DNA of 63,800 bases, the filler included, from Lama guanicoe (taxonomy: Eukaryota), in the NCBI GenBank assembly GCA_013239625.1. It is 213 parts of 213 records of this genome, joined end to end, with 100 filler letters (N's around TTAATTAATTAA, not from the genome) between each part and the next. Parts side by side here need not be neighbours in the genome. Positions count along the whole stretch, not along the records: positions 39,301 to 39,500 come from PNXV01030287.1; positions 39,601 to 39,800 come from PNXV01030288.1; positions 39,901 to 40,100 come from PNXV01030289.1; positions 40,201 to 40,400 come from PNXV01030290.1; positions 40,501 to 40,700 come from PNXV01030291.1; positions 40,801 to 41,000 come from PNXV01030292.1; positions 41,101 to 41,300 come from PNXV01030293.1; positions 41,401 to 41,600 come from PNXV01030294.1; 205 more parts are not named here. One strand, 5' to 3'. The notes below the pieces were generated by a model. That model saw nothing but the letters and a program-made list of their open reading frames with translations. It was not told the origin of the DNA and did not search any database. Shown piece by piece: positions 39,201 to 49,600 of the stretch. Numbering within the stretch: the stretch's first letter is position 1; each line of letters starts with the position of its first letter. A program made the position numbers and the translations under genes.

Positions 39201-40200
39201 NNNNNNNNNNNNNNNNNNNNNNNNNNNNNNNNNNNNNNNNNNNNTTAATTAATTAANNNNNNNNNNNNNNNNNNNNNNNNNNNNNNNNNNNNNNNNNNNN
39301 GTAGTGACGGGATTGAGTTGAGTCCGACCCTGGGCTGAAGGACAGCCGTCTCGTTCATCAAATGTCCTGGCATTCAAATGATGCTAGGACGGCATTTCTC
39401 CAACTTTTTTGGCTTCAGGACTCTTGCTTTTGTTTTTGTGGGTTATGTCTCTCAGCACTTACCTCATTACAAGTGCAAACAACCAAAAGCTAATTAGTCA
39501 NNNNNNNNNNNNNNNNNNNNNNNNNNNNNNNNNNNNNNNNNNNNTTAATTAATTAANNNNNNNNNNNNNNNNNNNNNNNNNNNNNNNNNNNNNNNNNNNN
39601 GCAAAATATTAGGAAATATCAGAATAACCTAGTGCATCACAATCAGAAAATGATCAGGACATTTTCTCTTACAGAATAATAGGTAAACAATCAATGTTAT
39701 TTTCCTGTGGCTTATCAACTAGGTATGTGTTAACATATTGAATTTTGTTTCTACTACTCTTTATATGACTTAGTTTTTTCTATCAGGGTAATGTCAATCA
39801 NNNNNNNNNNNNNNNNNNNNNNNNNNNNNNNNNNNNNNNNNNNNTTAATTAATTAANNNNNNNNNNNNNNNNNNNNNNNNNNNNNNNNNNNNNNNNNNNN
39901 AGTAACTAGCATTTACCAGCCTTGCAGAGGGCACTTACAAAATATGTATTTAATGACAATTTTCTGATTTGGGCTAAATATTGTGTCCTCTATACCTGAC
40001 GTTTATTCTAAATCTAGTGTTCTGTATTAAATCTTAATCTAATCTATATACAAATGTGCTCTATATCAAAATTTAAAGTTCTGTATCTTTTAAAAGTTAC
40101 NNNNNNNNNNNNNNNNNNNNNNNNNNNNNNNNNNNNNNNNNNNNTTAATTAATTAANNNNNNNNNNNNNNNNNNNNNNNNNNNNNNNNNNNNNNNNNNNN

Positions 40201-40400
40201 TTAGATATGACACTAAAAGTACAATCAACATATGAAGAAAATAGATAAATTGACTTCATCAAAATTAAAAACTTTGGTGCATCAAGAGACATTACCAAGA
40301 AAGTGAGAAGACAACCTGCAGAATAGGAGACAATATTGGCAAATCATGTATCTGATAATGGTTTAATACGAAGAATATAAAATATATATAAAACTCAACA
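40201..40400 (+). mobile_element. L1 ORF2 fragment
   Basis: gataaattgacttcatcaaaattaaaaacttt.gtgcatcaa...gcaaatcatgtatctgataa. Confidence 0.88.
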
Positions 40401-40800
40401 NNNNNNNNNNNNNNNNNNNNNNNNNNNNNNNNNNNNNNNNNNNNTTAATTAATTAANNNNNNNNNNNNNNNNNNNNNNNNNNNNNNNNNNNNNNNNNNNN
40501 TCCCAAGTACCATCCATGCTGGGGCCCAGTGCCTTATGAAGGCTCCCCCCCGGCCCCTCCCTCCAGCTACACTCTCATCTACCCTGCCATCCAGTCCTGC
40601 TGCGTCTCTCTTCCAGGCCTCTGAAAACACTGTCTCTTTCTCCTGAATTATCTTCCCCATCCTGTCTGTCTCTTTCTCTCTCTGGTAGACTCTTCCTTCA
40701 NNNNNNNNNNNNNNNNNNNNNNNNNNNNNNNNNNNNNNNNNNNNTTAATTAATTAANNNNNNNNNNNNNNNNNNNNNNNNNNNNNNNNNNNNNNNNNNNN

Positions 40801-41000
40801 GCAATTTATTGTAAACATGAAAACATCAACATGAAATTGCTACATCATCTAGCATTCCACTGCTAGGTATTTACTGAAACACACAAAGATGATTATTTGT
40901 TTTATCCCATGTTTGGAGTAATACTAGGATGTTAGTAATAAAAAATAATCTTCTAATATAGAATAGCTTTATTTCTTTTTTGGATATCTCAGTTTGATTT
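40801..41000 (+). repeat. Near-identical duplicate of 41101-41300 (5 transitions)
   Basis: Differences only at fragment positions 50, 69, 81, 117, 151. Confidence 0.97.
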
Positions 41001-41789
41001 NNNNNNNNNNNNNNNNNNNNNNNNNNNNNNNNNNNNNNNNNNNNTTAATTAATTAANNNNNNNNNNNNNNNNNNNNNNNNNNNNNNNNNNNNNNNNNNNN
41101 GCAATTTATTGTAAACATGAAAACATCAACATGAAATTGCTACATCATCCAGCATTCCACTGCTAGGTGTTTACTGAAACGCACAAAGATGATTATTTGT
41201 TTTATCCCATGTTTGGGGTAATACTAGGATGTTAGTAATAAAAAATAATCCTCTAATATAGAATAGCTTTATTTCTTTTTTGGATATCTCAGTTTGATTT
41301 NNNNNNNNNNNNNNNNNNNNNNNNNNNNNNNNNNNNNNNNNNNNTTAATTAATTAANNNNNNNNNNNNNNNNNNNNNNNNNNNNNNNNNNNNNNNNNNNN
41401 TATTTTGTAAGGAGTTATATTCCTTAAATTTACTGTTACACTTAGTCTGCGAATCTAACATCACAAATTTATTTCTACTTCCTTCAAGGGGAATTCCCTA
41501 TGGATCCAGATGGCTCCAGCAAAATTCGACGCTAAGGAAAAAAGAGAAAATTAGAACAAAGAGTTTGAGATTACAGAAGTTATAAGGATATTTTAATTCT
41601 NNNNNNNNNNNNNNNNNNNNNNNNNNNNNNNNNNNNNNNNNNNNTTAATTAATTAANNNNNNNNNNNNNNNNNNNNNNNNNNNNNNNNNNNNNNNNNNNN
41701 AGAAAGCCTTTTAATCGCCTACATGCAGCCCTACCTCAGGCCCCCATCATCTCCATGATCGTTATCTGAATCGCTCTCAGTTACGGTGC

Positions 41790-41900
41790 TACCATTACTT
41801 GCCGGGTGCCTCATGTGAGTATGGCTTCTCATCATTCGTTAGCCCCCGTAAGGTAGATATTATTCCCATTTTACAGATGAACACAAGTCTCAGAACTAGT
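41790..41900 (-). mobile_element. MIR SINE
   Basis: aggtagatattattcccattttacagatga is the reverse MIR core. Confidence 0.7.
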
Positions 41901-44400
41901 NNNNNNNNNNNNNNNNNNNNNNNNNNNNNNNNNNNNNNNNNNNNTTAATTAATTAANNNNNNNNNNNNNNNNNNNNNNNNNNNNNNNNNNNNNNNNNNNN
42001 CACAAGGATCAGAAAGCATAGGTCAAAGAGGTTTTAGAAAAACGGACAGACTAGAAAAAATTAACACACTATAGGAAAGTTATCTTTAAAGAAAAGGATT
42101 TTTAACAAACTGAGAATTCATTCATGCATTCATTTACTTACTACACCAGACAGAGGCTTCACCACTAGGGATAAAATACCACAAGACAAATATGGTTCCT
42201 NNNNNNNNNNNNNNNNNNNNNNNNNNNNNNNNNNNNNNNNNNNNTTAATTAATTAANNNNNNNNNNNNNNNNNNNNNNNNNNNNNNNNNNNNNNNNNNNN
42301 GTTCATGCTGTAACATCGCCCTTAGGCGTTGCCATATCTGTGAGTTCTCTCGATGGAAAAAATCATTTGGACTGTATGTGTGTTTTGAGTGTAATCACAT
42401 TATAGTCTTATAATTTATCCCCCAGTAGGCAGTGACTTATGAAAATAAGGATTGTGACTCACAGGGTCCTCAGTGCCAAGGACGGTGTGTGCCTAGTACA
42501 NNNNNNNNNNNNNNNNNNNNNNNNNNNNNNNNNNNNNNNNNNNNTTAATTAATTAANNNNNNNNNNNNNNNNNNNNNNNNNNNNNNNNNNNNNNNNNNNN
42601 AGAAATACAAAATGAAGAGCTTCTGTGTACTCCAGAGCATCATCGTGTGTGTTACACAATTTGATCCTTAGCAGAATCCTGCAGAGCTGGAAAGGCAGAT
42701 ATGTTTATCTCTGTTTTACACAAAGCTGAAAGCACCCAGGGGTTCAAAGATCCACCCAAGGTCTCCTAACTTATTAGTGAAGGAAAACACTAGAATGGAG
42801 NNNNNNNNNNNNNNNNNNNNNNNNNNNNNNNNNNNNNNNNNNNNTTAATTAATTAANNNNNNNNNNNNNNNNNNNNNNNNNNNNNNNNNNNNNNNNNNNN
42901 AGACAGTCCTCCCACACAGGGAAGCCGGCTTCAGCCCAGCCCTGCCTGCGCCTGGCCGATACGCTGCCCAGCTCCGGGTGTCAGCTTTAGGAGGTCCAGG
43001 CGGCTTGTACGCTGTCCTGTCGCTTTCACTTTAGCCTTTAGCAGCAGCAGAGTTAAATGGTCTTTGCTCAGTGACTTTAAATGTCAATGTCTTCTTTTAT
43101 NNNNNNNNNNNNNNNNNNNNNNNNNNNNNNNNNNNNNNNNNNNNTTAATTAATTAANNNNNNNNNNNNNNNNNNNNNNNNNNNNNNNNNNNNNNNNNNNN
43201 TTTTTACCTCCCAGTCCCAGTTTAGCCCACCTCTCTGCTCTCATCATCCTGTAATTTAAAGAGCCTACAAGGAAGTTGGGAGGAGGAGTATTTGACATTT
43301 CTTATATTCTTGAAAGGACGTTATTATAGAAACGGAGAGTAGATTGTGGTGGCCACAGTTAAGGAGGGGTGGGGTCAGAGGAAAGTGGTTGTGGCTATAA
43401 NNNNNNNNNNNNNNNNNNNNNNNNNNNNNNNNNNNNNNNNNNNNTTAATTAATTAANNNNNNNNNNNNNNNNNNNNNNNNNNNNNNNNNNNNNNNNNNNN
43501 TGAAGTTGGGGTGAGTTATGAGTAATAAGATATAATAAGAACAAAAACCCAACTGCCACTTCTGAGGTGCGGGGAGCAAAAGTAGGGCACTGCCACACAG
43601 CACCACCAAGGGGGTGAGCAGACTACCTGAGCCACCCCTCTGACCTGACTTCTTGACCTGCTCCTACCCTCACCCCATTTTAGGAACAAGCTGGCCCCTC
43701 NNNNNNNNNNNNNNNNNNNNNNNNNNNNNNNNNNNNNNNNNNNNTTAATTAATTAANNNNNNNNNNNNNNNNNNNNNNNNNNNNNNNNNNNNNNNNNNNN
43801 ACATCAGTAAAATACCAACCTCGGTCAGCTCGCCGGGCAGACTGTGCAGTGCAAAGGCCTGCACAGGGCTGTGCAAACGGCTTATGTGAAGGGTCCTCAT
43901 CATCTGTCATCAGAGATACAGAAGCTGGTGGTTCAGATAAAACCTCAGGGAGGGATTGAGGAATCCAAAGCTGGTTGGTTTCGAAGGCTAACTGGTCAGA
44001 NNNNNNNNNNNNNNNNNNNNNNNNNNNNNNNNNNNNNNNNNNNNTTAATTAATTAANNNNNNNNNNNNNNNNNNNNNNNNNNNNNNNNNNNNNNNNNNNN
44101 TGGAAATGAGGCAGTTTTGGGTGAAGACAAAGTCCAAGGCGTGTGTCAACGAAGATAAAGGCTGCTGCCACTAAAGAAATGAAAAATCTTTGAGGTCAGG
44201 GGGTTAGGTGGGTTGTTATTACGGTAACCATATATCCTGGTTTCCTTGCCTAACCTGGTTGTCCATCGTTTTCCAGAATAATTATTAATAGCATTTCTCT
44301 NNNNNNNNNNNNNNNNNNNNNNNNNNNNNNNNNNNNNNNNNNNNTTAATTAATTAANNNNNNNNNNNNNNNNNNNNNNNNNNNNNNNNNNNNNNNNNNNN

Positions 44401-44474
44401 ACCTGAATTCCCCTTTCTTTTAACATTACTCTAAGCATCTGTACAAATAAGCCTTTACTATTAGTTTGCCCCAT
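44401..44474 (-). CDS. gag: Endogenous betaretrovirus Gag, N-terminus of matrix (truncated by contig end)
   Basis: ATG at 44474 in good Kozak context (AGTATGG); reads MGQTNSKGLFVQMLRVMLKERGIQV with MGxxxS myristoylation signal; resembles JSRV/ENTV matrix (recalled MGQTHSRQLFVHMLSVMLKHRGITV); 103 nt downstream of a PBS. Confidence 0.88.
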
Positions 44475-44499
44475 ACTCTCAAATACACTCCCCGCGGAA

Positions 44500-44505
44500 A
44501 CTCAC
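44500..44505 (-). promoter_or_regulatory. Probable retroviral major splice donor (GTGAGT) in the leader
   Basis: Consensus donor between PBS and gag ATG, the usual retroviral position. Confidence 0.55.
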
Positions 44506-44577
44506 TTTTCCTTTTTTAAATCGAGCGCTCTATTTCCTCCCGCGGCGGTCACTGCAGCAATCTCTTCCAGATTTCAG

Positions 44578-44595
44578 GTCCCTGTTCGGGCGCCA
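44578..44595 (-). promoter_or_regulatory. Retroviral primer-binding site complementary to tRNA-Lys3
   Basis: Minus strand TGGCGCCCGAACAGGGAC, an 18/18 match to the Lys3 PBS used by MMTV and lentiviruses; preceded by CA + 2 nt (end of 5' LTR U5). Confidence 0.95.
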
Positions 44596-45634
44596 CTTGT
44601 NNNNNNNNNNNNNNNNNNNNNNNNNNNNNNNNNNNNNNNNNNNNTTAATTAATTAANNNNNNNNNNNNNNNNNNNNNNNNNNNNNNNNNNNNNNNNNNNN
44701 AAACACAAACTATGTAAAACTGAAATATCTTATACTTTGAATTTTTGTATTTTATTTCTTTGCTTTTCACTTCTTGCATACATCAATACATTTTGAGTGA
44801 AAAAATAATATCTGAAAAAACAACTTGCAGAGGTTTTGAGAAAATCAAATGGGTATAGCATACAGAAATAATTGAAAACTATATAATCGTGCAGTAGTAG
44901 NNNNNNNNNNNNNNNNNNNNNNNNNNNNNNNNNNNNNNNNNNNNTTAATTAATTAANNNNNNNNNNNNNNNNNNNNNNNNNNNNNNNNNNNNNNNNNNNN
45001 GGCTGTACCCTTCCTCTCCTGCTGTCCCTGTGGGCCTGTCACCTGCACATGGATACTGTTCTCAGAAAACATGGAGGTCATCAGCTTCTCCTGTTTCTGA
45101 TAGTGACTGAGGCCAAAAACCCCAGACTCAGGCAATCACAGTTCACGTAGTTGTCACCTGGTGGATGACAATTAAATTTCCTGTCATTCACTTTGTCACT
45201 NNNNNNNNNNNNNNNNNNNNNNNNNNNNNNNNNNNNNNNNNNNNTTAATTAATTAANNNNNNNNNNNNNNNNNNNNNNNNNNNNNNNNNNNNNNNNNNNN
45301 AATGCACAGATTTAAGCATTAGAAAGAAGTTTTGTTCACAAGATTGTGGCATAAGAAAGTAAGTTCTCAAAATATGCAATGTAAAATAAAGAAAGCAGCA
45401 AATATATTAACCAAGAATAAAATAATAATTTTGTTCAATAATAGAGAAAATATTGGTAATGGGCACTAGCTTGAAATTTAGGGGAAGAGTTCTCCATCTG
45501 NNNNNNNNNNNNNNNNNNNNNNNNNNNNNNNNNNNNNNNNNNNNTTAATTAATTAANNNNNNNNNNNNNNNNNNNNNNNNNNNNNNNNNNNNNNNNNNNN
45601 AACTGGAGTACATCCGTAAGAGAGGATTGTCTAA

Positions 45635-45775
45635 AAGCTGTTCAAAGTGTGGTCCCTGCAGCATCAGCAGCACGTGAGAATTGTCAGAAATGCAGATCAT
45701 CTGATTCAGACACAGTGATTCAGAATTATTAGGAGTGGGGCCCAGCAGTCGTAGCACAGCCTCTCAGGTGACTTT
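45635..45775. mobile_element. MER5A-like DNA transposon fossil
   Basis: tcaaagtgtggtccc...gcagcatcagca...gtcagaaatgcaga...ggagtggggcccagca. Confidence 0.75.
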
Positions 45776-46351
45776 TTGGCTCCAAAGTAATTTAAAATGG
45801 NNNNNNNNNNNNNNNNNNNNNNNNNNNNNNNNNNNNNNNNNNNNTTAATTAATTAANNNNNNNNNNNNNNNNNNNNNNNNNNNNNNNNNNNNNNNNNNNN
45901 TCTATCACAGCCTCCAGAACCAAGCCCTGACCCCCAACCTCCCTTATCCATATGTAACTTGCTGAAATGCAGTGGAACAATTTCCTCGAAGCCTCCACCA
46001 TGACACTGTCAACCTTCCAAAGGCAGGGCCTATTTTTTCTTAATCTTTGCCTGCTTAATGCCCAGCAAGAAACATTCTATAAGCCCCAGATCTACCTAGA
46101 NNNNNNNNNNNNNNNNNNNNNNNNNNNNNNNNNNNNNNNNNNNNTTAATTAATTAANNNNNNNNNNNNNNNNNNNNNNNNNNNNNNNNNNNNNNNNNNNN
46201 AGCGAGGGGGCAGAGCCGCCAGGGGGCTAGGATGGCTGAAGGCACCCAGCGAAGGTGAGTGGTGGGGGGCCGGGCGCGGCTCAGCCGGCCGGTGAGTCCC
46301 CTGGTCGCAGGGCCGGTGGAACCTTCCCTGTGCACTGGCACCAGAGCCACC

Positions 46352-46400
46352 ATGTCGTCGGCCCTCGAGGAGACACCTGAGTTTGACCGGGTGCCCGTGA
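46352..46400 (+). CDS. Candidate translation start (MSSALEETPEFDRVPV...), gene unknown
   Basis: GCCACCATG Kozak context in a CpG-rich fragment; frame open to the contig end. Confidence 0.4.
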
Positions 46401-46800
46401 NNNNNNNNNNNNNNNNNNNNNNNNNNNNNNNNNNNNNNNNNNNNTTAATTAATTAANNNNNNNNNNNNNNNNNNNNNNNNNNNNNNNNNNNNNNNNNNNN
46501 AATTTTAATTTACTTTTTAATTTTTATTTTATTTATTTTCAGCCTAATGATTAATGATTTCTCGTTCTACTACCTTTGGGTTTTGTTTCTTCTTATATCT
46601 AGTTATTTTGGGTGGCAAGCTTTGTCCATTCTGTGAGGTTTTTCTTTTACCTGTAGAAGGCCTGAATTGTTTGAAACGTCCCTCTTAGATTTGCCTTTGC
46701 NNNNNNNNNNNNNNNNNNNNNNNNNNNNNNNNNNNNNNNNNNNNTTAATTAATTAANNNNNNNNNNNNNNNNNNNNNNNNNNNNNNNNNNNNNNNNNNNN

Positions 46801-47000
46801 TGGATGATTCCATACACAAAATGTAGTATATACACATTGAAATAGGATTCAGCCTTTAAAACAAAGGTAATTCTGACACATGCTACAACGTGGATGAACC
46901 TTGCAGTGATTCAAGGGAAACAAACCAAATCAAACCAAAAAAGGACAAACGTTCTATGATTCTAAGATGAGGTATCCACATAAGTCTAATTCAATAACAA
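46801..47000 (+). mobile_element. L1M 3' region
   Basis: aaaatgtagtatatacac...attcagccttt...attctgacacatgctacaacgtggatgaaccttg. Confidence 0.8.
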
Positions 47001-47171
47001 NNNNNNNNNNNNNNNNNNNNNNNNNNNNNNNNNNNNNNNNNNNNTTAATTAATTAANNNNNNNNNNNNNNNNNNNNNNNNNNNNNNNNNNNNNNNNNNNN
47101 TACTCAATCCTGAGAGTTAAGTGAGTGTGAATGCCGTCAGTCAACAAACTTGTTGGGAACTCACAGATAAT

Positions 47172-47300
47172 TTTCAGTTGGAAATCACAATAAATACATA
47201 TATATATTTAGGTACTAGCTCCAAATCAGGTTTACAGTGAAAAATGCATGAACTTCAAACCGGCACTAGGAATCATACTGAGAAACCAGAGTAAGTGTTT
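47172..47300 (+). repeat. Unclassified repeat family member, homologous to 48610-48738
   Basis: Colinear similarity over about 130 bp, including identical 24-mer ACTGAGAAACCAGAGTAAGTGTTT. Confidence 0.85.
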
Positions 47301-47515
47301 NNNNNNNNNNNNNNNNNNNNNNNNNNNNNNNNNNNNNNNNNNNNTTAATTAATTAANNNNNNNNNNNNNNNNNNNNNNNNNNNNNNNNNNNNNNNNNNNN
47401 CATCACCCGGGCGGAAATACTGGAGGGAGAGATTCAGGGCAGGGCCCCTCGGAAAAAAATCAGCCGAGGGCAGAAAAACCGGGACTCCTGGATCCTAGGG
47501 TTTTTGTTTTTGTTT

Positions 47516-47570
47516 TGTGTGTGTGTGTGTGTGTGTGTTTTTTTTTTCCTTTCTTTTTCTCTCTCCAGCC
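47516..47570 (+). repeat. (TG)n microsatellite plus T tract ending in an acceptor-like CCAG
   Basis: About 11 TG units, then ttttttttttcctttctttttctctctccag. Confidence 0.7.
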
Positions 47571-48609
47571 AAGGGGACAGAGGACTGGCTTGAGTCTGAG
47601 NNNNNNNNNNNNNNNNNNNNNNNNNNNNNNNNNNNNNNNNNNNNTTAATTAATTAANNNNNNNNNNNNNNNNNNNNNNNNNNNNNNNNNNNNNNNNNNNN
47701 ATGAGAGTGGCCAATGGGGAGAAAGGACCACTCGAAACCAAACACAGAGATTTTTTTCAATTACCAATTATGCCAAAGGCTACTCACAAGTCAACTCAGG
47801 TAAGAACCACTATCAGTCACAAATATCTCACCACACTCACAGACACTGCACAGCTGCCTGACAGTCACAGACACCACACACGTTGTCATAAATCACAAAC
47901 NNNNNNNNNNNNNNNNNNNNNNNNNNNNNNNNNNNNNNNNNNNNTTAATTAATTAANNNNNNNNNNNNNNNNNNNNNNNNNNNNNNNNNNNNNNNNNNNN
48001 GGTGCAAGGTTTCCTTTTGGACTAATGAAAATATTCTGAGAATGAAATACTGCTGACTGAACAACCTTGTGATATGCTATATGTTGCTAATGGTAAATTT
48101 TATATTATACATATTTTAAAACAGTACTTAAAAAAAAAGACAAATGAAACTAAAAAAAAAATTGAATCAAAGTGCAATAAACTTTCTGACCCTTACCCCA
48201 NNNNNNNNNNNNNNNNNNNNNNNNNNNNNNNNNNNNNNNNNNNNTTAATTAATTAANNNNNNNNNNNNNNNNNNNNNNNNNNNNNNNNNNNNNNNNNNNN
48301 TCAGCCAGGCGAAAGGGAATTGGGAAGCTGGGTGCGGGTGAGAGAGAGGTGGGAGGGCTGTTCAGTCCACCCCAAGGTCACACGGAGTGGACCGCTGCTG
48401 CTGGCCACGACCCCACGCCACCATCGCTGCCCCACCTGCAGGAGAAGCGCAAGCTCAGCGCCCAGAGGAGCACTTTACGCTCCTCCAGGCCCGCTCGTTC
48501 NNNNNNNNNNNNNNNNNNNNNNNNNNNNNNNNNNNNNNNNNNNNTTAATTAATTAANNNNNNNNNNNNNNNNNNNNNNNNNNNNNNNNNNNNNNNNNNNN
48601 AATGTTTCT

Positions 48610-48738
48610 CTTCAGTTGCAAAGTCCACTACATACATATATAACGGGAGATATAAGCTCCAACTCGGTTTGACAGTGAAAAATACAGGAAACTCAAAACG
48701 ACACTAAGAAACAGACTGAGAAACCAGAGTAAGTGTTT
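48610..48738 (+). repeat. Unclassified repeat family member, homologous to 47172-47300
   Basis: See the paired feature. Confidence 0.85.
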
Positions 48739-48900
48739 CTTCTGCAACCTGTTCCTTTGTGCTAGATGAACGAACGTCTGTCCACATGCTCAGTTTTGAG
48801 NNNNNNNNNNNNNNNNNNNNNNNNNNNNNNNNNNNNNNNNNNNNTTAATTAATTAANNNNNNNNNNNNNNNNNNNNNNNNNNNNNNNNNNNNNNNNNNNN

Positions 48901-49045
48901 CTTCTGTATAGCACAGGGAACTATGTCCAATATCTTATAATAACATTTAATGAAAAAGAATGTGAAAATCAATGTATGCATGTGTATGCATGACTGGGAC
49001 ATGATGCTGTACACTAAAAATTGACACACTGTAACTGACTATACT
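48901..49045 (+). mobile_element. L1 3' terminus with A tail
   Basis: ctgtatagcacagggaactat...tgctgtacac..aaattgacac...gtaactgactatactt plus A tail. Confidence 0.85.
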
Positions 49046-49526
49046 TATATTAAAAAAAAGTTAAAAACTGAAGCTCAATTTTAATTACATTTAGTAAATG
49101 NNNNNNNNNNNNNNNNNNNNNNNNNNNNNNNNNNNNNNNNNNNNTTAATTAATTAANNNNNNNNNNNNNNNNNNNNNNNNNNNNNNNNNNNNNNNNNNNN
49201 TACTCTTAAACTTCCTCCTAGCTTTAAGGTATTTATTCAGTGAGTGATACATCTAAATTGCCATTGCACAAAGTTCATAAATTCAACTGTCGACACGGTT
49301 ATTCCATCACAGTTACAAAGAAAGTCTCTCCAGTGCGAAAAGGGTGCAGCAATCCTGCATTTATGTGGAAAGAGAAGACTGAGAAAATGTTGTTAATTTC
49401 NNNNNNNNNNNNNNNNNNNNNNNNNNNNNNNNNNNNNNNNNNNNTTAATTAATTAANNNNNNNNNNNNNNNNNNNNNNNNNNNNNNNNNNNNNNNNNNNN
49501 CGGAGGGAGGAGCAGAGTTATAGACT

Positions 49527-49600
49527 ATGCCACTTATTAGCTGTGTGACATTGAGCAAGATCACTCCACCTCTCTATATATATCTTCATCTGTAAAGTGA
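49527..49600 (+). mobile_element. MIR SINE core
   Basis: tgccacttattagctgtgtgacattgagcaag...cttcatctgtaaa. Confidence 0.7.

Noticed and set aside
44578..44595. HIV or lentiviral-vector contamination suggested by the Lys3 PBS
   Set aside because: The downstream leader and Gag start (MGQTNSK...) are betaretroviral-like, not HIV MGARASVL; Lys3 is also used by MMTV-like viruses.
13201..44600. Linkage of WDR17, GFRA1 and the ERV as a gene cluster
   Set aside because: The fragments are independent contigs, so their order carries no genomic information.
47701..48500. Other exon-like segments (donor at 47800, acceptor near 48441; also 7946, 9954, 53857 minus, 55560)
   Set aside because: Single splice-like motifs with unrecognised peptides are expected by chance among 213 fragments.
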